Source: Haplodiscus bocki
Lineage: Eukaryota
NCBI GenBank assembly: GCA_965655095.1
Contig: OZ296659.1
Location: 4,154,001-4,218,000 of the forward strand
DNA length: 64,000 nt
Direction of reading: 5' to 3'
Below the pieces are notes generated by a model that was not told where the DNA came from, searched no databases, and saw nothing but the letters and a program-made list of their open reading frames with translations. Shown in pieces: positions 14,651 to 29,379 of this stretch (positions within the stretch are counted from its first letter, which is position 1; each line of letters opens with the position of its first letter). A program made the position numbers and the translations under genes.

Positions 14651-16868
14651 CGAGTGTAAAAATTGTTTCGGAAATTTTCTTTCGTTCGCGCAAGATTTTT
14701 CAAATAAAATCCCAAAATTGTGCAAAAGTTGACCAAATCAGGGTAGTGACTCGTTCAACTTCAAAACGGGCAAAAACAATGAAAATTGTGAGAAATTTTG
14801 ATCTCGCAACAATTTTTTATTTTTTTATACCTTTCAGTTGTTGATAATTGACATTCAAATTTGCTTATCACTTCACCTAAATTAACTATTATCACCAATT
14901 TACATTTCTACTTAGCACACCCCATGAGCTTTTCAAAAGAACTCTCTCTAATTTTTTGTACTAAGCTTGATTTCTACAAAAACACGAAAAACTGAGACAT
15001 TCACGTTCGAGAAATAAAACAACACAATAAATTAAGTGTAAACAGTTTCGGCTTGAAAACATTACAAAAATTGATCAATCCACATGCTGAAAAAACTACA
15101 AAGAGCTTCACAAGAGCCGAAGACGTCAACGTAACAAGGAATCGGCATATGAAAAGTAAAAAAAGTTATAACAGCTTTCATGATTTCTCAAATGAAACAG
15201 CACGCCGACGAAGTTTCAACTGAGCATTTTACTTTTTTGCACTTCGCAAAAATTGGAATTTACATCGATTCGCGAAGAAAAGTATGAATGGGGGAATTCA
15301 GCAAAATTCCCGTTGCGCCGATCATTCAAAGAGTCAAAAATTTTGGAGCGTTTTAAAATTTGATAATTTTCCACGCTTAATTTGAAATTTTTCTACGCTT
15401 TGAGGATCAACGGTTTTTCGACGGCATGAATGGTCATCACTCTGAATACGCGAAAATAAGGATGCGAATTCAATTGACAAATTACAGATTAGTTGAGAAC
15501 ATCATACAGATTATTTGAGAACATCATATAACGCAAGTACTTGAAATCGCAAGAATATATACCGAAGAATGCCGTCCCTTGCAGCTTGAGGAAGCGAAAG
15601 AGCAACTTAACATAACCAACCAACGTAGTTAGCACTTCAAAAAACTGTGAGGATAACCTCAAAGTCTCCCTTAACCCTTATTCCGTTTTCCCGCGAATTG
15701 GGACAAATGAATAGAAAATATTCCGGGGTTTACACCTTTATAAGTACATATATTGACTGGGGAACAAGAAAAAAATTTCAACTTATTGAATTGCACGCTC
15801 TCACCGCTACCATGATGGTCCGCATGATTCCTACTATACTGCCACGCAGCTATAACGGAGTAACAATAAAATGACTTCCTAAAATTAAAAAATTCCGAAG
15901 CCCGCAAACGAAACCTATAGAAAAAATTGTGAAAAATAAAACAGTGAACCGTGTTTCGGCTTCGCACAGCCATCACAATTTTTCTGATATCGTTGCCGAA
16001 AGAACCCAGCGAGCAAGTGAAAATGCCAACTAATCAAAAAGCAAAGAGAAACCCAGCGATTGTGTTTTGGTTATGGCGTCATGACGATTATACCGAATTA
16101 AGAAGGCGAGTGAGTTCATTCATTCAGTCCCATAGCAGTGACTCCCCAAGCCAAAACAATTTTTCATTCTACAAAATAGTATAGTATTTACAAAAGAAAC
16201 AAACAACTAGAAGTCAAAATCCGAATGTTTACTTGATCGTCAACGAATTGGCTCTAAATCCTAATTTTAAAGCATTTGTTTAAATCCTAGTGATTTCTCC
16301 TTACCTCAAAAATTTATCACAGCCAAAAAGGAGAACAGCAGATCCTATGCTTCTGACAAGTCCATCTGCCGAAGTGGTAGAGGGCTTTGCTAGTAAAAAT
16401 AAATAAGAATTGTGCGTCACAAACGCTTCGCTCCACTCAATCGGCCAGAAACAGTGCGTTTGCGATAAAAAAAAATTATAGGCTTCATTAAGTTTCAGTT
16501 AATCCCTAATACATATGAAAATATTCGAAAAAAAAATTCGCCATCAAACACTTCGTTATTTCGATTCAGATCCTCCAAACAAATTGGCATCAAATAACAA
16601 ACATATTTGATTCGAGAAACCTTGGGACATTTGTTTCCCATGATTTTCGAAAATAATTTACGAGGGACTGAGTAGACGTTCTACGTCTGAGGTGGGAGGA
16701 ATCACTGGCTCAATGGCTGGAAATTATATTTCGCGGATAAATAAAGTAGATTTTATTTTCTGGGATGTAATACATTAATTGCACTGCATTTTTGATAAAT
16801 AGGTATTTTTTAACTTCCCTGGATGTATTCCATGCACCAAATTAAATGATCATTGATATATGCAAAAC

Positions 16869-19282
16869 GGTTATATGTCAAATTACCCAATACAAAAAAC
16901 CCAACTCATGAAATGAAGAACAAGGCCATATTTCGGAACGTTTTGGACTAATTGAGCATTCTGAAGCGACGCTTATAATCGAACGATTACGTAACTTGAG
17001 TTCAGCGTGTACGACCAATTGAGTTCATAGTTTCAAACCAGCAAATTGCGTCCGGTGTTAAACAACTGTTTATTCTGATTGACTGCGGTAATTTCGGACA
17101 ACGGTACATAGCTCAAAACTTAGCGGGCAACAACAGAAAACACTAGTAAACAACTTAAAATTTCATTATGCACGATGTACGTAGAAATCGATGACATTAA
17201 CAAACGTATTTTTTACATGAAGAGTCTTAATGCCGCAGTTTGCGTAAACGAATGTAGCCTAGTGGTAACGTTTGGGCTTCTCGAAACGATTGGGCGAGTT
17301 CGAGATACCCCTTTGCCACTTTTTCAAAGAATTATGGATTTCTGATTCCCCAAAGTCCACAAAGTTCCAATTCCTGGAGATAGTGAAAAACAGGAGGGGC
17401 GGGGAGGGATAAAGAAAAGTCCTGGAATCGACGGAATTGGGGTGCCAAATATTGGTCGCTTAAACGCAATAGATTTTGAGAAACTCGAGATTTATGGAGA
17501 AATGGGTAAATGACACAAAACTAGATTAAAGATTTATCATACGAAGAACATTAGTCACATGTGCAATTGACATCAAAAAGTTTGAGATTTTAAGGGTCAT
17601 AATCGTTCACAAATGGGAAAAACTTGTCATCCATTTCACAATATTTCCTTTTGATTTTATTGATTGTGCCGGTGGGGACTTTTATGAAATTGAACTTCTG
17701 ATTGCATGCATTTAATTTAGTTTTTTTTCGAGGATAGTTGACACTGGTGGATGGCTTCCCTGGAATAAGATTGTAACCCCTAAAGGCCACCCTTCAACGG
17801 CGTCGATAGTCGGGATCAAACTTGCCGTCAGTTCACATTGATTTTATAGCTAAATGGGGAACATTGCACTTTTTCAGTTCTTACCGATTTTCTCACCTCT
17901 GGTGTAACTTTTTCGAAAATAAAAGGCCAATTCGTCGGTCTTCTCAGAAACTGCTTGGTCCAGCGACAATTTAACTAGAATCAATCAAATTTCGTCGAAT
18001 ACGAGATCAAAGCACAGCTCAACCTCATTTCTGCGAGAGAAACTTTGGCACAGGTGGAAGTAGCAGCCATACATGCGAGGACGTCAACTTTTCTGTGAAA
18101 AAATTTAATTGCTGCTTTCTCTTACTGGGTTGCATCCACCGGTTAATCTCTTGCAGAGCCATAACGAATTACGGATATTTGGTTTCGTTTCCTTGGTGCA
18201 ACTCAAAATTGCGTACTGACACGGGATAATAGCCACCTAGTTGCATATGGACAGTGTAAAGTTGATAGAATTGCAATGGGCATATTTTGAAAATTACGTC
18301 GCACAATCAGAGATCTGTGTAAAAAGATAATTTTGACGTCATCAAACTCTCTCCGAAAACTATAACTCGTTCGTTGTCATCTGTTTCCGAAACATTTAAA
18401 CAAAAGTCTTGATACTTTTGGGGCAGTTGAAAATTCTTGTCCGAGCAATTTAATGCTACATCATTTTCCATTTGGCCATTTTTTTTTGCTTTGGCGGTCT
18501 AAGGTTATATTTATAGCTGCTCGTGATGGAATAGATAACTGCACCGCCACTTAGTTCTCCAAGGCCTGTATCTCTGCCGCAGTAACCGCCGAGTTAATGG
18601 CACTCTGTTTCTCCACTACAGTTTCTTTCATCTGTTGAACCACTTGACGAGCCACCGGGTACAACTCGATGACTGTGCTCATTTTTAAAATTCGACAGTG
18701 CATCTTCAAAGGGTATCATACTTACTTCACAGTAATGTGATCGCCATCTGGCACACTTCCAGTTAGTCGTTGACTTTGTGTCGAGCTTTTTTTGTAATTT
18801 CGTGTCCATTCAAAATTACGAGAGCTTGGCCTTTTCGAGTTTTGCGTCATACAAGTTGATTCATTTTTGGGACTGAGTTGTAGAAGATTTTAGCTGTTGA
18901 TAACTTTTGAATGTTGTTTTGAATGAAGGGAGATTGAATGGCGTTTGTGACTTAAATTTTGTTAATACACTTAGCTTTCATTAACACCTTTCAAATCATT
19001 AACACCTTCCGTTTTTTTTGCGAGCAAAAGTAATTGGTGGCACTACTTTCGCACTTCAAAAAGCGTCTTGTATAATGGTGTCAATTGCAAAACATTATAT
19101 TAGGTATTACTCTGCAATGTTTTTTTGTGCTGTAATTAATCATATAATTATTGGGTATTTTTCTAATAGGGTATTATGTCAGATAGGGTATTATGGCATA
19201 GGGTATTATGTCATTTTTGGTATTTTGGCCTTCGGTATTATGGCATTGTGTATCTTGACTTTGGGTATTATGACCTGACACC
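16869..19282 (-). mobile_element. Decayed Mutator-like (MULE) DNA transposon with FLYWCH zinc finger and DDE transposase remnants
   Basis: Minus translations: TRKGQALVILNGH..TTNWKCARWRSHYC..NEHSH (FLYWCH); CDVIFKICP/QFYQLYTVH and GCYFHLCQSFSRR (MULE core). Imperfect TIRs ggttatatgtcaaattaccc vs ggtgtcaggtcataataccc; subterminal (ggtattat)n at 19150-19270; 9-bp TSD atgcaaaac/gtgcaatac (7/9 match). Confidence 0.8.
17254..17318 (+). repeat. tRNA-derived SINE head or tRNA pseudogene
   Basis: A-box-like tagcctagtggt and B-box-like gagttcgaga at tRNA spacing, ending ...gcca; no clean cloverleaf. Confidence 0.5.
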
Positions 19283-21022
19283 GTGCAATACCCTTTGATA
19301 TTTATAAGTCGAAGCTCCCAATAGCGCCCGCTTTCCTTGCTGTTGCTGCCGGTTCAAACAGTTAAAATAGGAGCGCAACGCTCACATGCGAAATTTTGTT
19401 CAATATTGACGATGTTTTGAAACGAGCTCTTTTTCGGAAACATGTAGATGTGGAACGTTTAAGACCAATGTTTCGATTATGCAACCGTTTATGCTTACAA
19501 AGTGTTCAAAAGTTAATCAAAGGTGTAGAAGAGAAACATTGGCATAGGTTTGCTCACCTCAACTGCCGTAGTTTGAATTCTCAACTCTAAGCAATAACGA
19601 TGAGCAAAATGCAAACAAATAACATCGGAGGGGCGGGCGTTTATCTTCACGGAGTCATTCATATATTTAGAACCAAATAATATCGGAGATATGGAATTAT
19701 GAAGCTCAACACGAGTGACTTACAGTCCTGATGCTTAGATTAAGTGAACTCCTGGGCAAAAATTGAGCATGTTTGGGGGCCAGTTTCTAGAAGCACGACA
19801 GTTTTACGAGAAAACAGGAAGAGCGAAAGTTTCGTTGATTTTTCGAAAGACCTTATAAATGTTTTTGTTTCGATATCGGACAATTTGTTGAAAAGTTATG
19901 GATACCATGATTCTGGCCATTTTTCGCCAAATCTGAAGTTTTTCTCGAAAGTACCATCATCTACAAAAACAGCATTTTTTCAGCTACAATTGTTTAGCTT
20001 TGAATCTCGCCTAAAATATTTGATTTTTACAAGTTTTTGAAAAAACGTTAACTTAAAAGGTTCATACATATAAAGCGAAGAAATCGCTAAACCCCATCTT
20101 AATACATGTAAATCGCATTTTTGTCACCCAAAAATCGTGAATTCTCCACGGGAAATTTTTCTCTCCACAAGAGGAATACCATGCCCTCGGGGCTCCATTG
20201 TGGATGTAATTATTTGAAGAATTGAAGAGAATGCTTTAACCACTGAAAAATTGGGAAAAGTGAAAACATGGCGAATGAATTTCAAAAAGGGGGTTTCAAA
20301 CTTTTTGACAATTGGTCAGATGTTCATCAAATAGAAAGCTTTGTAATCTTATCAAAATTCTCAGCAATTTTTTCTTGTTACTTATCTAAACCTTTTAGTT
20401 TGAGATTTTGAGCTCCAATAACGCCAATTTCTAGAGTTCACTGAATTAAAATCAGTACTGTACATTTATAAGGTCATTTAAAGAATAGTTCAGATGCCCC
20501 TTTGAGGTTTCATTATTTTTTCCGCCAGTTTCATTAAAATGATTGTTCAGCAAAGTCTGTAAAGGTCATATTTTCAAGAATTAATCTTTATTATATGTCA
20601 AATTAACACCAGACAAGAATTTTCCAACATAAAATGTCCGGCACCGCGCTTAAAAACCATTATTCGAAAATTTTGATAAAAATTGCTTATATAAACGTAA
20701 TCTGAATGTCAAACTTGCAAATTTTTTTGCTTCTGAAAAAAATTGAAGGTCTCCTTTGAATTTCCCAATACCTTTAAATAAAAAAAGCTTTTGAATAAAT
20801 AAAATTGAACATCAGTGCTCTAAACTAAAGACTAAGAACTGGCGAAGGATTGGTGATGCTAAACACGTTGCGGTTCTGGTTGGAAGTGAAAAAGCCGGCC
20901 CTTTTGTTTTCGAGCAGAAATCCAACAAAACACAAACTGAGTTATTTTGGAAAGCACTTCATAAATTTTTGAGCTGGACTAGAAATTTCGCACCGGTTCT
21001 ACTGGATTGCAAATATAGAATA

Positions 21023-21404
21023 CCGTATTTAAGAGAATGGTAGCCGCGGCTTACAGCTTTTTTTTTTTGGGGGGGGGGGGGGGCTATTTTCTGCGTCTTC
21101 GATTCGAATGCAGCTTCATTTCATATGCGGCCAGTCGGAAAAGATTGGGGTAGCTAACTAGACCGCCTCACGGAAAATATCTCTGAGGTTGAATTACTCC
21201 GCTTCGAATAAGTCTAGATCACTATTAATCACCTTAAAAGCGATTTCATGTTTCAATTCTCGCCTTTTTCATGACAATTATTCAACATTGAGGACCAGAA
21301 TTCAACTTTTGTCTGAATATAATTTTTGGTTGCAGCTTCTATTTTTTCGAACAACTTTTTTGGCGGCCTCAATTCGATCTCGACTATAAATCGATCAAAT
21401 ACGG
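21023..21404. mobile_element. pogo/Tigger-like (Tc1/mariner superfamily) MITE
   Basis: ta|ccgtattt ... aaatacgg|ta termini with TA target duplication. Confidence 0.7.
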
Positions 21405-22719
21405 TAAGTGAAGCCAGTGAGATTCTTGAGCGAGGGGAAGCTGTGTCGTGAACACAGTATACTGCACGTTCGATCGTGCTTCAGAATCGCGAACAATTGT
21501 CACACAGTTTTGTATGCAACACTACTCAACATCGCAAGAGCACACGATGCTATATCCACCCACCGCACAAAAGTTTGATTGAGTTAAAAAGTACCGAAAT
21601 AATGTGGCTGCTAGTACTGTAAAAAACGAATGAAGACCGAAATGTGCGACCGACCATCTGGAAAAAAATGGCACCGAAGGAGATAAAAACGACAAAAAGA
21701 TGCAGCATAAGGATCTTTTCTGTTAACTCCCCCGAGCAGTAGTAACGAAAAGTTTACTCCCTGGCTCTTCTCTGATTGGCCAAAATTCACTCGCGTGTGA
21801 ATTATACCATTATGGTCTTAAGGGGGCGAGTTAAATCAATGGGGGGGGGGGGGGGTTAACATACAATATCCCAGCAAAATTGAAATTCTGATTCAGGCGC
21901 ACCAAAAACTTAAGCTACTTGATTTTCACTGATATCAAACTTCGTCGCCGCGTTTTTACCGTAAACTTGCCAATTGCAAAATTTTTAAAAACTGCTCGAA
22001 TTTCACCCTACATTTTCCCCACTAAAATGTGGAATTTTTGCGGCACAATTCGACTGAAATAGTAATATTATTTCAAACGCCACGTTATTCGGTCTGACAT
22101 CACAATATGTCGGTCAAAAGAACAGTTGATGCGAAGAAAAACTCCAGTTCTCAAAAATTGTTGGTATAGCAAAGAGGTTGTCAAGTCTTTTACCAAAAAA
22201 TGTCCGACAGTGCTGTATAACTTTGCAGGGGACATTTAGCCTTGACAGTCTTTTCGTCCACAATTGACAATTGAGGACAACCACGTTTTTGGCATCAATG
22301 AAAGATTACGAACCAGGAAAAAAACTTCAAAAACGAAAGCTTTTCTTATTCGCAATTGATTGGTCTAAGCATCGCGGGTTTTCCATCAGTCAAACCACTA
22401 TAGCAAACTTCTTGCAAAAAACCAAAAAAATTAAAGCGAAAAACGGAGATTTTTTTAAATTTTGTTTTTTATCGATAACCAGAGTACTGCCTGATATTTA
22501 GGTCAGCTATTCCTATTTACTCGATAAAACTTCAATAGCGATACTAAAACTTGATCTCAAGCGGATGTAACTTGGCTATACAGTCATGTTGGAACCAGAC
22601 AAAGAACTTGATGCGATAAAACGTTGAACATGGTTACTGAAGCATGTAAAGTTTTGCATGAAAAAAGTTTTGCAGTGTACTTGGCAATAAAAAATGGAAT
22701 GGAATTGAATCGCAATGGA

Positions 22720-23640
22720 TGCGAGATAAAACGGCAGATTCTAAAAAGGGGACAAAACCGCCGAATTGGAAAACGGGACAAAACCACTGATTTGTAAAAT
22801 GAAGACTGCTAGTCTTGTCAGTCCTTGTAACCATGAAAGTTCCTAAAGACAAAAGCGTCTTCGTATATTTATCGATAACTAGCCAGTATATTACGATTAT
22901 ACGATAAAATACGAAAGAAACTGAAATGCCACAACAAAAACCTATTTCTTTAGATTTTTGTGTAAGAACATTCAAATTTTTCAACACGGGCACACGTAAA
23001 AAATTTTTACAGGATTTATGAGAGAATCATATGGTGAATATATGTACCAAAAATACGATGATATGCGGCTTTTAAATTTTTTGCTGATACCAATTTGCAT
23101 AGACCGAACCTTTTCCCCTAAAAAAATCAAATGCCGAAAATCAATGCCCCTAAAAAGCACATACTGAAAAAGTTTCTGAAAATTCAACAAAATCTTTTGT
23201 ATGATTTTTACATATACCAAAAATTTTCTCCAAAATGCGAGTACCAAAATATTTAGAAATGTTATTTTTTGGATATTTTGGGCTCATCAAAGGGGGTATC
23301 AAAAAAAAGTTTTTGAAAAATGGTATTTGAAAGGGGGACATAACAAATTTTTACTTGCGCCCGTGCCAAAAAATCCGAATATTATATTCCTCAAAAATTC
23401 CAAATAAATTTCATTTTGCAGTGGGATTTCAGTCTGTATTAGTATATACGTAATGTACTTCCTAATTATCGCTAATTAAGCCAGGAAGCTTTTGTTAGCA
23501 AAAATCAATTTTCACGCGCTCTCGTTTTGTCTCGTTTTTACAATCGGTGGTTTTCTCTTATTATTGAAATCGGCAGTTTTGTCTCGTTTTATAAAAATCG
23601 GCGGTTTGATCTCATTATTGAAATCGGCGCTTTTCTCCTG
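22720..23640. repeat. Element bounded by inverted arrays of roughly 25-bp subrepeats
   Basis: gacaaaaccgccga-type units at 22730-22800 and reverse-complement aaatcggcggttttgtc-type units at 23520-23635. Confidence 0.5.
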
Positions 23641-26600
23641 CTCCCTTTTCTTCTATTCAAGTGCGCGGTACAATTATGAGTTCCTTGAAATTGAATCATG
23701 AACGAATACATTTTTTCCGACAGCTTTTTTGAGGGAAAGAAAATTCAAAGTTATCCAAATTGACTTTCAATACTCTTAACCACTTAACAACCGCCAATTT
23801 CTCACCCAGGACGAGCTTTTCACTTTCACAACGAGTTGATAAAAAACTTGCACTTATCTTTTTGGAAAAAGCTCAAAGCAAACTAAACGGGACTTGGCGT
23901 TAACACAAATAAAGACTCTTGAAACAACTTTCAAATTTTTTTCAGTCACATTTTGTGGGCCAAAGTTGCATAAATAAATGACTAGAAAAAAAGCGCCGCT
24001 AAGTGCGTGGTATATTGCAGAGCAGCGAAAATACAACTACGCGCATTTCAAATCCACTTCATGTACTTTTTACTATGATCCGAAATCGAAAGCAAGTAAC
24101 TGTTATAAAACTGTCACAACTTTCTTGCCGAAAAAGAACTGATTAGATTGTGAAACTCTTGAAATTCAGCTACGGGGAAGTGTTATCATTCAGTTTGAAT
24201 TGAACTTACTTTACGACGACGCAAAACATGGCTGGCCAGGTTCATGTTTGAAAACAACTCTTGTTTTCTCTAGGAGGGGTTTTGCTCAATCTTATCCCGG
24301 TAACAGCGGCCGAGACAAGCTATCTCTAACATAAATGTGATGAATATTATTTATAAGTAATAGCTAACAGGAAGGATTAGTACAATTTTGTAGATACTAG
24401 AACAAGAGGCGAGGAATAAAAAAGGAGTAGTCGCGGTTGTCGGGTTGACTGAGAATACAAAGAGTGAAGAGAAAGGAAAGGGAAAGAGAATTTGCGTCTA
24501 CAGGGACAGGTATTTTGGTGGATTTTGGGAGCGACAGACAAGAGAACTGGCGACAAGGGGGGCTACAATGTTGGTATTACAGACGCTATTTGAGCCAATA
24601 TGAGCAGACTGTGGCAAATAGAGTCTGAAGTTGGTGCTGCTGAGCTACTGGTTGAGTTGCTTCTCTGCTCTGAAATAGCGAGGGAATACATCAAGGACAG
24701 CGTGTGCAACGTCCGAAGCATACAACCAACATGGAATTATAGACAGGCACAGAATTGAAATGAACAGAAAGGAATGAAATCCATAATGGAAAAGTAGCTA
24801 GCTACCAACACACGAGCGGCGCCGAAATATAGAACGGCGAATATAGAAATAAAAAGATAGGTCTTGTGCAGGTATAGAAAGATGTTTCTGTGGGAAAGAA
24901 CAGAAAAGAAGCTTTAGTCAATCTTGCAACCAACCAGAAACACTCCAATGCCTTCTCTTATTGGATTCGGGGCGCGAGACAGCGGCGTAAGAACAGACTC
25001 GATTGACATTACGTGTATTACTGCTACTTCCATGGCACGGTAGTAAAGTTAGTAGGTGCATTTAAAACAAACGGCGGCGCCGACATTTCATTGAATAAAT
25101 GAATTGTCTCCGCTGCCACGACAGTCTGCGATGCTAGAACTTTTGTTACACTACTACATTAACTAATGGAAATACTACTTGTACCTATACTTCCACTACC
25201 AACACTTCGCTAGCACCAATAACTTTCTCTTACTGTAGTCATCCTGTTATCCAAGTGCCAAGACCTCGTCTCGGTCCGACCGAAAGACCGGCAAAGCAAA
25301 AAAAGGAGAAAATTGAACAAGAAGAGGACAGAGAAGTAAAACAAAGACAGACTACATTGTATGTGGTGGTGCTATCACTACAGACACTCGTCTCGGTCCC
25401 GTCATCCATGTAGGAATGACTGCGTGAAAGAAATGTGAACAGAACAGAAAGAACCGCCGCTCGACACAGCAGAACCGAAAACGAACATAGTTCTACCATG
25501 GGCCTACTACAACCACCGCAACCGCTACACGTCTAATTCTGTCTGGTGCGAAAACGACATTGCAACAAGCCCTACATTGCCTGCTTGAGCTGGCTTCTAA
25601 AGATATCGTCTCAAAAGCAGGTAAAGTAAGGCAGCTGACGGGTTCCTCGGTGCGGATGGAAGCATAGCACAGTGCTGGTTCTTCTAAGAGCTGACCGTTG
25701 CCCGCAACCACAGGCAGCACAGCTCAGCTTTGCGCAATGCGAGTCTTGATGAATCAACTAGTAGTGCCATACAGTAGCGGCAACCCCGGTAAAGCACAAC
25801 GAACGATCAATCCTTCGCCGATGACGACATAAATGAAATAGGAACACCATATTCCTGTAGCCCTAGTTTTAGGTCTGAGTGATTGGCTCCTGTTGGTATT
25901 AATGGTTCTGACCGTTCTTTTAGAGGTTGGCTGCAACCAAACGATGGTGCTACAATAGGTAAAGGTATAGAACGAGTATGAGAGGCGGGACTGCCCAATG
26001 GCGTTAATCCAGGAAAAATTTCGTAATATAAAAATAGGAACAGAGGAAGGAGCCTCACTTACATGGAAATTCAACGGTGGCGGGGTCACACTTATGACGA
26101 AGGAGTTCGTTGTTAGAAGCAGACCTTCAGCAAATGATAATAATAACAATACAAATAGCCATTCACAATAGCACAATTGCAATAACAGCGGGGCATTACA
26201 TGTTTGTATAGGAAGGACAACAGTGATCACAATATCGCCTCGTCTCGACCCCGATTGCGGGATGGGTGCTGTTTGAGTGGGGGTATATTGAAGTGAAATT
26301 ACAGGGAAAGGGATGTTTTGATTATTCCAAGGTAACAAGGAAATAGGGGCCCTAAATGTGCCAGATAATTTGATACAACGCAACACGCCATAAAGATAAG
26401 GGGAAACAAAAGTAGCTGAGACGGCGGGTACATACTAATTGTAAATGAACAGACAAACCTAGATAGACACATTTATATAGTACACATACATACTATGTAC
26501 TAACATGTACAGTACACAAACAATAACAACGCTACACTGGTCGTGCAATTCTGCGGCCACAATTCCTCGATCCAGACATAAAATTGCAGCGAGCCACAAG

Positions 26601-29379
26601 TCGCCGCGCCGGCTGCAGCAGAACAACAGTCAGTGAAATGGAAGCTAGGAGAGCATGAGACGGAACCGCAGACATTACAACCTTATTTAATTCAAATCTG
26701 ATCCATTTTTAGCATTTCGCAACAATTCAACACATTAGCTTCCATTTCCGGGGATTGTCACCGCTTTCGTCGTCATAATCATTAATTTAACATAACACAC
26801 TACAAAACAACACAACAGATCGGCACGTAACGCCATACTCGGTGATGTAACACCATGGATTGTAACCTCCATTACATTATATAACACATAAGTATTGAAT
26901 AGTATAGTACATAAAAACTACTGTTATGGCTCCATTATATGACGGGATACACAACCTTCTTCCGGAAATAATACCAGAGCTTGCAACACCAACAAGTTCA
27001 ACATACACAACAGCGAATGAATGAAGAATATAGGGCGAGAAAGAAGTAAATAACATGATAAAATTGAAATTGATTTCATTTCGCGTCGGCAGCAACCGCT
27101 CAGTCAAATGTTCGATTCACTCAAGCAGCCATTTTACCGGCAGATACATTTGTGCTTGTATTTCTACAGCCCGTTTTATGCATATACAATATTCGTAGTA
27201 TATTCTAACAATTAAACAAACTTGAGTCAAGTTAAACTACTATAGAACATACGACATTTATTGTATATGCATTATACGGGCACACAAGCACATATGTATT
27301 TGCGGGTACTATGGCTGCATTCCTAGGAAAACCTTCGAAATGTAATTCAGAATTGTCATAAAATTCGTGTATAAAAGTATCAGGAGTAATGTAAGTTTAG
27401 GAGCAGAATTCAAGGCAATCCCCTTGAACATGATATACAATATCGCTCGTAATAATAACCACGCGAGCAACTTGCAGAATATTTGTAACCAGTTCTCATT
27501 AAACAAAAATAGAGACTGTCGTTATGTCATATAGTACGAACTAACCCTCGTAGTTTTGTCTGGCGGTCGTTGTATAAATAATACTGGAAGTTTACTGCAT
27601 TAGCTATACTGGTGTAGTGTTTGTACTCAACTGCATAGTTTATAGGTAAAACTTGGTCCAAGAGCTTGTAGTTCGCCCAGTCTTCATGGCTAATACCTAC
27701 AAACGCCTCCAGCGATGTCAGTTAGCAATACAACCAAATACCAGCTTCATTGGTTTCGAGAAGTTAAAAAACATGTAGTTTGTCTAACTAAAAACTACTG
27801 TATATACACACAGTAAAAACTGCATATTTGTTTCTTCACTTTTCTAGTCTATACATTTTATCTTTCCCAAGCCCAGTCACTCAACTTACTGGTCCAAGCT
27901 AATAAATGACAGAGTGTGACAGAGAGAGAGAAGCCTTAGCCTCGTAGATAAATGTCTGTTGTCCTAAAAGCTCCTGCTGTCGTTGCTGCAAAGCCAATTC
28001 TACCTAGAAATCAATTTGCTTTTCACTCGCCACCCGTTTTGGCGAAGTCTACAACCCTAACCCCCTGTCAACCTCAGTTCCATAGCATGCTATGTCTGCA
28101 ACCTCCTGGCAGAAGAGAGAAGCTGAAAAAGAAGAGTTCAACGACAAACGCGCTGAACTAACTCCTCGTTCACAGTAATGATTGCAATGTCTGTGAAAGG
28201 TAATAACAACCTGTACTTTACTGTTATTACCAACACAGCTTAACCTATACCGTTTCCGCCTCGGCTAATAAAAATTATTACATTCAACCTCCATTACCTC
28301 TGCCAACAATACTATGTAATCCACCAACAACTACTAGAAGTATTAGTTGTACAAGTAATACTACGACTACATTCTTCACCTCACCTTCATTTCAAGAATT
28401 GCAGACGAATTGCTACAACAACTGCGAGTAATAGAAGTAACAACATCGGCATGAAATTTGAACGGTACAACTGTTTTCGGCATTGTTTCACTGGCTCCTA
28501 CCTTCATGTTTTGTCTTCTTTTGTACTCCATGTTCCACCGTGCTAAGCTTCCTTCATTTGTGCCTTCAACACCACAAAAATATTCACACTACTCTCTTCT
28601 TGCTTGGACTCTATACATAGATATACAGTATAATAGTAGAGCATACATAGTCTCACACTCCCTCGGTCCACAGCCGCAGCCGCCTGTGTCACAGCACGAT
28701 GCCAACCACAGCAGCTTCTCTTATTTACTCTTCACCCCGTTACTTTGGCGTCACCGATCCACACTCCGTAGTAGCTCAACGTGCGTCCCGTCCCGTCCAC
28801 AAGCGAAGATACACGCCCACAAAGGCAGCAGTCTATCTACAACCGCCGTCAACCGAATAATTCCAAATTGTGAACTATGATAATTAAACGCCCCCTTGCA
28901 GACTAACAAAAAACACTTCAAATTATCTATCCCTGTAGTCGTCTCAACTACCCCGTCTCAGCATTACTCCCACTCTACTTTCTTTTCTAAAATCCTTTTT
29001 CAACACAGTTACAACCATGCACACGCAAATTCCGCATAGCATATAATTTCATATAGCACTCTTCATACCAATAGCATAGACATACATGTAGATAGTCTGA
29101 TACCTGTGGTTCCTATTAAAAGTCACCCCCCTCGTACGGTCTGAGCCTCAAAGCTGGCAATCCCTCCTCTAATTTTGACCACCCCGGTATCGATTTGTTG
29201 AGAATGTACATTTCGTTCTGCCGTTTTGTCAGCCCTTCGAAAACAGCCGACTATTACAGAGACTATTTTTCGTGAGACGTCCTTCAAATCGACCTCTTTT
29301 TTATCTCAGTAACAAATTTCACCTTGTAAAAAAAGCAAGAAAGGCTACCAAAGCACCCGTTCTTCGCCAAAAAATTCTG

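Noticed and set aside
25239-26386. Minus-strand ORFs of 75-210 aa in the unique island
   Set aside because: No domain or motif, atypical composition, overlapping frames and no clear splice sites
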